Positions 12,297-24,200 of a stretch of DNA of 64,000 nt are shown here, one piece after another. The first letter of the stretch is position 1. Every line of letters starts with the position of its first letter. The position numbers were made by a program, and so were the translations under genes. Below the pieces are notes generated by a model that was not told where the DNA came from, searched no databases, and saw nothing but the letters and a program-made list of their open reading frames with translations. Source of the stretch: Dipteris shenzhenensis (Eukaryota); the NCBI GenBank assembly GCA_047967505.1, contig CM106538.1; one strand, written 5' to 3'.

Positions 12297-15200
12297 TCCA
12301 TCACATAAGAATGTTTCTACCAATTAGAGATATTTTTATCCATAATTAGCAACTATACAAACAAATGACACAATATGGGAATCCCAAATCCCCTAATCAT
12401 AAAAGAATCCATCACATAAGAATGTTTTGTTTGCAGAAGGGGTTGTCTGCTCCTGCTCGAGCTCCCCCCTGCTAGCACCTGCCTACCCCCCCTCGCTGGC
12501 GCCCTGCCTCCCTCTCTGCTCCTCCGCCTTGCAGCCGTAGAAATGAAAGAATGCTAGAAAGAAATGTACAACCAAGCAAAGTACTTACATGATCGAGAAA
12601 GGCTTGAGGCTTGATAATTTGGCACGAGAAAGTACAATGCCTTTATAGGATAGGCACACACACTCTAAGTGTCAAATGTATATGGGATAAGTCCCGTAGT
12701 GACACGTGGCACTCTAGGATATAAAGTAGTATAGTACTACTCTAGAACTCAATAGAAACACACTAAAAGTCACTTAAATTGACTCCATTTCCTAACACCC
12801 CTTCATGGAGAAAAGGTGAGGGACTACTGGAATGGAACCAAGGACATGACGGCCATCAAAACTGTGCATGCCGGTCTAGAACTAGACATGGCTCCCACAC
12901 AATCTCAAAGGCAAGTGAGCATGGCTCAAAGGCTAGTGAGCATAACATAGAAATCTCATCTAGCATGGCTCGGAGGCTATCATGCATGGATGCATGATCA
13001 ACTCAGAGGTCTAGGAGACCAATGTACCAACAAATAGACCTATCAAAGCCAAAAACACATGGCTCCCATAGTACATCCCCTCTTGGCTCCAATGACTAAT
13101 GAGGAACGTGGAACCACACACCAAAAATAGAAAAGAAATACATCATTTTAGGAGGACTATCCATGGCAGAATACCTTTATTGACTACACACATGATTTAT
13201 TTGCATTCATTTTTGGGAAACACCCCCAGGGCAGAGTACCCAAAGATATCATGAGAAAGAAAAATCATGATCTCCATCATCCTCTAGATGTTGGAGACAG
13301 ACCTTAAGAGCATGATCCTGTGTCGGATGGTCATATTCGTCTGCATCATCAGTAGTGGCGGATGCCACGCAACTGGCGTGATTCTTCGATTGTTGTTGAG
13401 CAAGCTTCTGGTAGCACCTGTCCTCAGTATGACCGAGCTTGTTGCAATAAGTGTACTTGAACGGCTTGAATGTCTTTCCTCGTGCTGGTGGAGTCGATGG
13501 CCTAGGTCTCCATTTGCTGGTGGAGGCAAGAGCCTGTGTACTATCCGATGAGTAGGATGGAGATTCTTTGTTGCAGCAATCCTTTTCAAGAAGAAGAGAC
13601 ACCATATCTTCGAATGTAGTTAATGCAATGCGAAGTACTTCGAGGGCATCCTCAAAGCGAGAAATCCCTTCCATACTTGTCATGAGGACAGCCATTTTGT
13701 CGTCGTCATCTGGGCAACACTTCAAGTTGGAGAGTTGTTGAACTAAAGACTGAATTTTTGCTATATGTGCACTCAAGGTATCAAACTCTTCCATTTTCAA
13801 CTTATACAATTGCATTTTCAGAAAAACCTCGGAGTTGGTGATCTTGTTACCAAATATATGTAGGGCACAAGCGAGCAGAGTAAGAGATGGCAGACACAAT
13901 GGAGCTGTAGGTGGCGGACAGAACAGTAGCGGGCAGAGAAGACAAGCGGGCAGATCAGTAGCAGGTGTACGGGCAGGCAGCAGGCCTGTTGTATGGCGCA
14001 ACAGTCTGTACAGTTGTACGGTTGGCTGTACGGCTGGTACGGGCTGTTTGGACAGCCTTGTTGTATGGCACAGCAGCAGCGTGGGCAGATCCTGAAGCAC
14101 GGACTGAATGGCGAGCTGAGCGGGCTGAATGACAAGCTGAAGCACGAGCTGAAGTGAAGACGAGCATGATCTCTTGATGAAGCTCTCCAATGGTGAGGCT
14201 CAAGGTGGAAGAGAGAGGTTGAGCTCAAGATGGAATTGGAGAAGGCATTCCTCCAAGGGGAATGAGGGAGAGAAGCTTCAATGTCCTCAATCTCTTACCT
14301 CAACCTCTTGGAAGATAGCCTAGGTCTGATACCATATGAAGATGCAGGACATGGAATGGAAAGGAAAGTAGAAAAGCAAGACTAGGCAAACATAATGGAA
14401 ATGAAAGAATGCTAGAAAGAAATGTACAACCAAGCAAAGTACTTACATGATCAAGAAAGGCTTGAGGCTTGATAATTTGACATGAGAAAGTACAATACCT
14501 TTATAGGATAGGCACACACACTCCCATAGTGATGTGTGGCATTGTAGGATATAAAGTAGTATAGTACTACTCTAGAACTCAATAGAAACACACTAAAAGT
14601 CACTCAAATTGACTCCATTTCCTAACACCCTCTCACTGCTCGTCGTCCCCCACCTTTCGTATGGCTAATCCACTCTTGTTCCGTCCGCCCCGTTGGTTCG
14701 GCTTCAGTCACCTGTCTCTCCTGCCTTTTTGATAGCTGCTGCCACCGCATACCAGTCCAGTAGCTCCCCTGCCTTGGTTCTCTTGTGTGCGGGTCTCCCC
14801 CCCTACTATCCCCGCACCCCCTTCCACCATGCTTGTGGCAGCTCCTCATTGGAGGGTATTCCTCGGTCTATGGGCTTCGATTGAGTTTTTCAAGCAGATT
14901 TATCCTCCTCTAATCCCCTTCAGAGCTCTTTTTTTGGGGCGCTGCTGTTTCATAGCTTTCCCTTTTTTCCTTTTGGGCTGCACCTAGAAGCTCCCCTCTC
15001 CTTCCCTTTTTCCTTTTCCTGTCCATTTTTACCTTTCCTCCCTCAACTAGCAGGAAAAGTTCTTTGGCTTGCTTTATTGGGTTCGAATTCTAGGTGGTGA
15101 CCTTTGGTCTGGCCAAATAGGGCTCTCATGGCAGCTCCCTAACCTCCCCTAGCCGCTCGGGTGCTTCTTTCCCAAGAAGACAAGCAACAGGTGAAGACAA

Positions 15201-18200
15201 TAGTTCAGTGGGCTGTATTGTTGGCCTCATGCTCATGAGGAGCCAGCTTCATGATTGGATTTAGGAGAGCTTGGCATAGAGGTGACCACATTCAAGAGGT
15301 CGCCATCTATGGAAGGGGAGTCTCTTTTTTCCGACTAAGTTCCCCGACACCACCCAGGCCTTGGTGGAGTAGAGTTCCATTTTCCTCGGCCTGCATGTAG
15401 TGTTCTTCATTCCTTTGTACCATGGGTTCATAGTTGACATGCATACGACGCACCATGTGCAATGACGCTCCACTTCCTCGTACTTCTAGCGAAGTCTACC
15501 CTTCCCTCCATCGGAAACTGTTTCAGCACAGTGTCCCCGCTAACTACAACAGCCTCAATGGTGGCAGATGATATGGCTCCTTGACTCAAGGTGATTGTTG
15601 AGTACCCCGAATCTCTACCAGAGGAGATATTCCTCGAGACATAAAAAAGGGGAGAGCTTCAACAAAGGGTTGAGGTTTCTAGCCTCCCAGGCCAGTGCTT
15701 TTGCTACTGGTAGATGGACCACTTGGTGCGGGCTTGTCCTAGGGAGGCAGGCCAAGTACCCCCTCTTCTAAGCTTTGCCAAGGGAAACAGCGGGAGTTTC
15801 ATGAGAAAAGAGCTCAACATCAAGCATGAGTCCCAAATCCCTTGGTTGGAGCCTTCCGAGGGAGCCCACACTAGGGTGGAATGGAAGAAGCCTGGCAAGA
15901 GGGCAACAAGAAATCACAGGTAGTGAGCTCGACTTTGACAGCAAGTAGTTAGGTCAGGCATAGGTTCCCTAGCCTCAGGGGAAGCAAGTAGATAGAGCCC
16001 CCTCAGGATGGCCCTAACTTCTCAGGGAGAGATTTTTAAAGCTCCTAGCAGACTTGCTAGAGTCAAAGACCCAGAGTATTGAGGCAGCTACACAAATGCA
16101 AGACACGGAATAGCTCATCTTACCTAACCCCCTCGCCCCTCCTATTCGCCCCCCAAATATCGTTCCCCCCCTCCACCTCCCTTCGCACCCTCCCCCTCGC
16201 CCTTGCCCAGCCCCTGCTGCAGTCACCCTCATCACCTCTCCACTCGCCCCTCCATCCCCCCTCCTCCCCCATTTCAGCACGCCCTCCCTCGATAGAGCTC
16301 AGACACACGCTATACCAGATGACAGGTATCAGGAGGAGCACGAGGAGGTCAGAGCTCACACAGGACACATGCCTCCACCCTGTGGATGTACATATGAGAT
16401 GGTTTGTAGACGCCGCAGGATCTTGTTACATAGGGGACGTACTCGCCGCTTCGATCCAGGATGATGGCAGCTTTTCGGAGGAGACTTACTCATGGAGATC
16501 TCGCCCTACCAGCCGCTCACCTCACTTTTGCTCAGATTTGTACTCTCATAGCAGGAGGCAGAGTCGATGGACAGGATTTCCAGTATTATTTTGGTTCTCA
16601 GACTCCGTGATACATGGACTTGTATCTTTGCATTGACATATTGTACTCATCCCCCCATTTTGCACCCAGGGGCGGTTTCCTTGCATCTAGCTTACTTTGT
16701 ATTTAGGCTCGGATTTGACATTATGTACTTTCACTTGCATTGTATTGCGTAGCACTTAGATGATATTCGACGATGCCTCTTCTTTGTGGCACGTTGATTT
16801 TGTGCTATCTTGTACGCAGAGTTCTTGATGTCCCATGGGCCCATTTTGGCCTTTAGTGGACAATAATACACTTTCTTTCTTTCTTTCTTTCTTCCTCCTC
16901 CTGCCTAGCCCCTCAGAGTCCCAGCCCCTCTCAATACCTAGCCAACTGGCAAGGGCACAACGTCGGCCTCTTCCTCTCGCTTTTTAGACCGGCCCCCTCC
17001 TAATAGAGGGACACAGCCCACACGGAGCCTACAGAGTTAGGCGATCCATTCTCCTAGCTTCTAGGTCTGAGGCCTTGCAGTCCCTATCGAGTGAGTTTGG
17101 AAGCTTGGACCTTAGGAATACCTCGACATCCCAGATGATTACCCCCTTGCCATGGAGATGCTCATCCTTTTACTTCAGCCTCAAAAGGATGGTTCCATTG
17201 GAGCAATTGGTACCCCATCTTGTCCTTTTTTTGGGCAAAAAAGAGACTTCTATTAAGTAAGAAAGAAACTCGCTAGAGCAAGCTCTGTGCAGAAATACAA
17301 CATGCTAAGCATGTAATAAAAAAGAAACCAAGGCTGAGGTTGAAAATGCCAACTCAACCCTGTAGAAGTCTCAGTAAGGAAGGGAGAGTCTCTCCAATCC
17401 CTGAGAAAAGTAACTCTCCTGGAGGAGCCTGCTCGAGAGGATCCCTGCATGGTCGCCCATATGGCCATCAAAGTGTGTACCGTATCTGTCTGAGTACTGG
17501 CCAAGATCTGAGAAGGGTGATGAACCTGAGAATCCTCCATAGCCTCAGTGCATCTGGCTCTCCAAATGTGCCATGCTGCAATGCTAGCTAAAACCTCCCA
17601 TGGAGAGTCAACCGAGGAATGAGCAGCCCTGAAGAGAATGGCCGGAACATCCTCTAAAGAGCACGACTCCACAAGGTGTTGTCGGATGTGTAGAGCTCAA
17701 GACAAGTCATGTCTCTCGAAGAAAACCTGGGGCCCTAAAAGAGTGAGCCAAGCCATTGATCCCCAGGTCATATAGAAGGGGAGGCGAATAAAAGTGCTGA
17801 AAAGTCTTGTAATCCCCTTCCATATGATTCTCGCCTATCTGCAATCCCAAAGGGAGTGTTGTAAGGTTGACAGGACATCTCAGAGGGACTGCAGGGAGGA
17901 TCTTGCAGATTGAGGCAGCCCTTCCAGAGGTTTGGGTAGACACATATGATATGCCACTCACTTCCTCCACTTGGGCAGGTACTTTTTCTAGAGGCAGGGT
18001 TCCGCTTCAGGTTTTGGCCTTCCGAGATGCACAGGAGGATGCTTTGGTTTTTAGTGTCCAGGATGGTGGCAGATTGCTCAGGTCCACAGAGGACATCTTG
18101 CTTGAGTCTGCTTTTCAGCCTATCAGGGTTGTAGGTCTTTTGATGCAGGGATCTGATTCAGAGTGGTTCCTAGACCCAGAGCCCCGGCTACTCTCCACCG

Positions 18201-21200
18201 GGTCTTGGAGGCTCTGGCTCTATGGGGGAGTTCCCATCAGGTATTTGCAGTGGGACCCCGGAGAGTGGGAGTGGATTGACACAGGGCATCGAGAGAAGAG
18301 CATCCCCTTCTTTCGTTACACAGTCAGTAATGCCAGGAGATATCAGCTCAGTAGTAGAGGTTGGAGACCCTCTAGAGTTCCTCATTGGGAGACTTTTGGT
18401 ATTACTGCGGATCAGCAGAGGTGCTTCTGGAGGAGGCTCTCGAAATCCCACAGGAATAGAAAGATCACTATCTTCTTTTGGCTTTCTATTCATGGAGGGA
18501 TTGCAGTGAACCTTTGGAGGTCCAGGTTTGGAGCCGACCCTACATGCCCGCGATGCCTTTCTGCTTCGGAGTCTATTCAGCATTGCTTATGGGATTGCAG
18601 ACAGGCGAGGATGATTTGGATGGGGGTAGCCAGGATTTTCCGTCACTTTTCCCATTCCCCACTTTTTATGACATGGGGCTCGGTGGCTTGGCTTTCTCTT
18701 ACAGGACCTCAGGTTTTCTATGAGGGCGTTGACTCCTCTCGGGCCATTTCGGTTCGATGTCATCGGATTGAGTCCTGTTCGTTCGATGTGGTACCACACC
18801 TTCCTTTTACAGCTGTACATGCCTCTGTGGATACTTCTTGGGAGATTCTAGCGAGCATAGCATCCTGGCATATCTGGAGAGCCAGATGCACAGAGGCTTT
18901 GGAGGGTACTCAGGTTCATCCCTCGCATACATTGGCTAGTATCTGGACAGACATCGTACATACTTTGATGGCCGTATGGACGGGTATGCAGGGGGACTCC
19001 CGTGCAGCCTCAGCTAGGAGGGCTTCTTTTTTCAGCTAATGGAAGGATTCTCCTTTCTTCTCTGAAACTACTACAGGGTTGAGGTGGCACTTTCAGCCTC
19101 AGCCTTGGTTGTTTTCCACCTCACTCTGAGGGGGTTTTTTATTTATCCTCATGATTTCATGATGTATTCCGCCTTGAGCTTACTCTCGCGGGTTTTTTTC
19201 TTACTTAATAGAAGTCTTTTTCTTGGAAAAAAAAATAAGAGGTACTCTACCCTAGGTTGTCCCTAAAAAATTATTGTATTCTGCCCAGTCTATGGCCAGA
19301 ATATGGACTGATACTATACACACATTGATGGTCATCTAGGCGAGCATGCAGGGATCCCCTAGAGCAACTACAGCCAGGAGAGATACTTTTTTAAGAGTTT
19401 GGAGAGGATCTCCTTTCTTCTCTGAATCTCCTTTAGGGTTGAGGTGGCAGCAGATTGCCTCGATGCTCGAGAGTCTAAGGCACAAGCTTTTGGACTTGAG
19501 GTCGGCCAAACTCTCTGTAGCAGGCACTTGCAATGCTGAATTGAGCTGCTCCTCTCCCTGTGAGCTGCTGCCCCCCCCCCTCTCCCTCTCTCAGCCAGCC
19601 CCCTCTCCCTCTCTCTCCCTCCCCCTCACCCTCGCTGCCCGCCCTATCACTCCCCTTGCTGCTCCTCCTCTCCCTCCCCTTTGCCAGCCCCCTCTCCCTC
19701 CTCCCTCCCTTCCTCCTCCCCGTTCTCCCTCTCCCCCCCTTCCAGCCCACCCGCCCCCTCCCTCTCCCCACTTGCTGCCCTCCCTCCCCTGCCCCCGCCC
19801 CCTCCCCGGCCCCCTCTCCCCCACCTGCTGCCCCCCCGCCCCCTCCCTCCCCCGCCCCCTTTCTCCCCCACCCTCCCTCTCCCGCTGCCCCCCCGCCCCC
19901 TCGTCCTCCCCCGCCCCTTCCCTCCCCTTCCCCCTCCCCTGCCCTCCCTCTCCCCCCCCCCCGCTGCCCCCCTCGCCCCCTTCTCCTCCCCCGCCCCCTC
20001 CCTTTCCCCCCCACCCCCTCTTCCCCCCCCCCCCCCCCGTCCCTCCCCCGCCCCTTCCCCCACCCTTCCTCTAACCCCCCCCCCCCCCCCCTCCCTTCCT
20101 AACCTGCCCCCTCCCTTCCTCTCCCCCGCCCACCTTCTCCCTCCCCTCCTTCAGCCCCCTCCCTCCCTCCTAACCCGCCCCCTCCCTCCCTCCTAACCCC
20201 CCCTTTTCCTCTCCGTCGCCTACCCTCTCCTTCCTCGTCAGCCCTCTCCCTTCTATCCTATCTCAGCTCCCCTCCGCTTCTCCTCTCCGTCCCTTCCCCT
20301 CTCTCCTACCCTCTCCTTTTCTCCTCCTTCCTATGCCCAGGCATCCTGGGTAGTAGTTTCACGGGTGGAGATTTAACAGTGTTGGAATCGGCCTTTTCAC
20401 TTCGATTGGCGAATGGATCCCCATTCAGCCAGTCTCTGTCCACTTCCACTGGCCGCTAGAACCATCATTTTTTCAGAAGACGAGTTGCATCAGCTCAAGA
20501 AAGATGTGGAATTAGAGGGCTCCACATCACTTTTCGCCCGCATCTTTGGGTCACATCCTTCTAGATCACGGCAGCGTTACCAGGAGATCTCGCCCCACAC
20601 CTCAGGGATATTCGACTTCTGGGACGTGGATTCTTCCAAGTGATTTTCGACTCCCACGAGTCCACAGCCCTTGTTCTCAAAGCTAATCCCCTGGCTTTGG
20701 GTTCAAGGAGGATTTTTCTTTTGCCCTACACCATGGGCTTCGATCCAGTCAAGGAGGACAGTTAGGTCACATCACTGTTCATTAGGTTTCTTGGTCTTCC
20801 TCAGGTTTACCATCGACTTCTTGCTACTATCGGAGCCATTTTCGGAGTAGTCACTGAGATTCACCCCCTTCTTGGCATGCCTTCTTCCTCGGCAGAGGTA
20901 GTCAGAGCAGACGGGGTGCCTCGAGTTAGGGTCATTGTCTCTAACCCTAACATCTCAGATGACCACATCATGATTCAACGTCCAGATGGCTTTCTCTTTT
21001 GACAGAGAATCGAGATTGCAGGTAGACAAGATCAGTGCAGCATTTGCAACACCCTTGGGCACTTTGCTAGAGATTGCCCAAGGAAGAGAAAAAGACCCAA
21101 GAGGTCTTTTGGTGCGGCTCCTTCACGTACTACCCTCTGCACCTCCCTTGCGGCCTGTACTACGCACTCCAGGACTACCAAGAGCAACAGGGCGCTCTGC

Positions 21201-24200
21201 TTCGTGCACCCTAGGACCACAGGGGCAGCAAGGCACCCAAATCCTGCAACACTCCTAGTACCACATTGGAGAGCGGTCAGAGTGGCTTCTTTACCTCAGG
21301 AGGAGACCTTTGATCCGGTTCAGACAGATGCCATTCAAACTTCAAAGGTGGATGTTGCTATAGACCCAGATACTACAGTTTCACATCAGGAGGGACCTTC
21401 AGATGCACCAACCCTAGTCATTTTGGTTTTTGATCACGAGGGGGCTACCGATACTTCTCCCCCTCAGACTGTTCATGCCACAGCTGAGGGAGTGTATGCA
21501 CAGATGAGGACTCCAGATCCTTCTTCAGCCCAGCCATAGGCCTCCTCAGCTCCCAGCTCCAGATCTGCTGATAGAGGCCTGGCAGGTCCTTCTCCTCCTT
21601 CCTCTACGAGTGCAGGTCTTCTTCGCACTCCTCGGCCAGAGACTTGCTTCTCAGGAACTCTTTTTCAACACTACCTGATTCGGCGACTTTCATGGATGAT
21701 GAGGAGTTTGTGCCCTCCACCTTAGGGGTCCCGGTCATTGGGATTCCTTTTGATAGTGCCTCCCTCTCAACAGATGTAGGGATCCTTTCACCTATTGAGT
21801 TTCCTGCTCTCGGCAGGAGTGTTTCGGCCTAGGGGAAGCTGGTCTCCTCTACTAGGTCGAGTAAGCCTTTCCATCCAGCATCCTCCTATCGATAAGGATA
21901 GCCAGCTGGAACATACAAGGCCTAGGCGGAGTTCCACACTATCGCCGTAGGTAGCTGATCCGGAATCAGCTTCATCCAGGTGTCACTGGAGGTGCTATTG
22001 ATATCCTTTTTATCCAAGAACACAAGTTGGATGCCAGTGATTGCTCTAAGTCTGGCAAACTACTTCCTAGTCATACTTTTTAGTCGCGTGCCTTAGGCAC
22101 CAGGGGGGGGCACTTCTATTTCAGTTTCGCAGTCGGTTCTCCCCTTGGTTGTTGGACACGGAGTCATTATTTCCTCTAGAGCTCAGTGGATTATTCTCTT
22201 GATTGGATAGTGTAAGGTTGGTTTCCTTAACCTGTATGCCTCCAACATTAGAGGGGAACGTGTCTTTATGTGGAAGGATTTGCTCTCCTGGGCCCCCATT
22301 GCGGATTCATGGGTGATTGGAGGTGACTTTAACATGGTTGAGTTACCGTCAGACAAAAAAAAGGGTAGAGAAGGACTTCTTCACTCTTTGGAGAGAGCAG
22401 CTTGGGATGCCTTCCTTTTTCACTACTGTGGCAGAGATACTTGGTTGGACGATGCCTTTCTTATTCAGCCACAGTCCCTTCTGTTCTCTTGGTCGAACAG
22501 GAGGCAGCAGATGCCTATTCATGCACGTATTGACAGATTCTATGTAGATGATTGGGCACTTGATAGAGGTGCATCGGTATGCATTGCTGCTAGGGTTTCC
22601 ACTTCATACCACTTTCCTGTTGTGCTGGCTATCTCAGAGCCTCACTTGAGGGGCCGATCCGCGAGCATCAAGATTACAGATGCCTTGGACACAGAGGAGG
22701 ACCTTACAGAGGCAGCCCTGTAGATATGGGTTTCTCATGTCCAGGGTGGGCAGCCATTGCCATCAGAGGCAGCTGCTGCCCTTTCTGGTATTAGCGACTT
22801 CTACCTCTCAGTTGCTCGTACCAGGAGATGAGATATTCTCAGATGTGAGATTGGTGTTCGCCAGCAGTTGGCAGCTCTGCAGAGGGAAGAGCAGAAACGG
22901 CCTTTAGATGCTTGGATTCAGGAGCGCCTTGCTACAACAAGGGCTCATCAGCAGGTATTGCTTGATCAGAGGCTTGATCAGAGAGCAGAGTATGCCTTTC
23001 ATGCACGGAAGTCCTTCTGGATTCAGATGGGTGGCAGAGTCAATAAACACTTTTTCTCTACTCTTGGCCCTAGACATAGTAGAGAGAGTGTATCCCAACT
23101 TATTGACTCACATGGGGTTTTACAGACAGATCCTGATGATGTCTTGCGCATAGCTTCAGATTTTTATGCCGCCCTTCTTATTGCTAATCCTGAGACACGG
23201 GATAGAGAGGATGCTAGATAGGTTATTTGGTAGAGCATCCCTTTGTTGGTGAAACCGGATATGCATGTTTTGCTTGATGCACCTTTCACTAATACAGAGT
23301 TCAGGACTGCACTTTCAGCACTTCACAAGGGCAAGTACCCAGGTTTGGATGGCCTTGCCCCCTCTTTTTTCACTGCATTCTGGGATTTTTGATTGGAGTC
23401 TACATAACTTCAGCCCTGCAGGGCATTTGGGACTCTGGTGAGATGCCCGAGTCGCTTACAAAAGGTCTCATCCACCTTATCCTGAAAGGAGGTTGCAGAA
23501 ATCTAGTGTCCCAGTGGAGGCCTATCACACTTCTGGGGACTTGTTACAAGATTCTGGCCAAGGCAATCAGCCTTCGATTGCAGCCCCTTCTCCCAGATCT
23601 TATTCATGACACTCAGACGGGATTTGTGCATGGTAGAAGCATTTTTTATAACATTTTCTCTTTCTAGGAAGCCTCGGAGTGGGCCATGCAGAGCAGCCAG
23701 AATCTAGCCATTCTTCTTTTGGATTTTGAGAAAGCTTATGACAGAGTACATTGGGGTTTTTTGGAGGGCACCCTTCTATGTTTTGGCTTTACTGATGCTT
23801 GGATCAGAGGTGTTTCCTCTTTGTATAGATCAGCCCACAGCCAGGTACTTATTGGTGGGGTAAGGGGTGAGAGATTTCAGATTTTCAGATCAGTCCGTCA
23901 GGGATGCCCCCTTGCTCCTTTCCTTTTTTTGTTCGTGGCCGAAGCTATGAGTATCTATGTTAGATCTCAAGCTGACATCTTTGGGCTGAGACTTCCCATT
24001 GAAGAGGAGTTACTTGACAGTGAGTTGGTAGATGACATAGCAATTTACTTGGATGCCACTCCACAAACGCTCACTTCTTTCAGGACAGCATTGGATTTAT
24101 TTTTCTTGGCGGCAGGGGCGCAGATAAATTGGCATAAATCGAATGGCTTTTGGATCAATGACGAGGATACTCTAGTTTGGGGGCTTGACATAGGATTCAC

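Noticed and set aside
17226-19235. Classical twin-priming 5' inversion
   Set aside because: Both halves are 3' ends with their own tails and come from different subfamilies
19346-20196. Long Pro-rich and Gly/Arg-rich ORFs resembling extensin or formin (also 32729-33518, 39670-40452, 60838-61851)
   Set aside because: They are open in many frames because the C-rich L1 5'UTR lacks stop codons; they are not host genes
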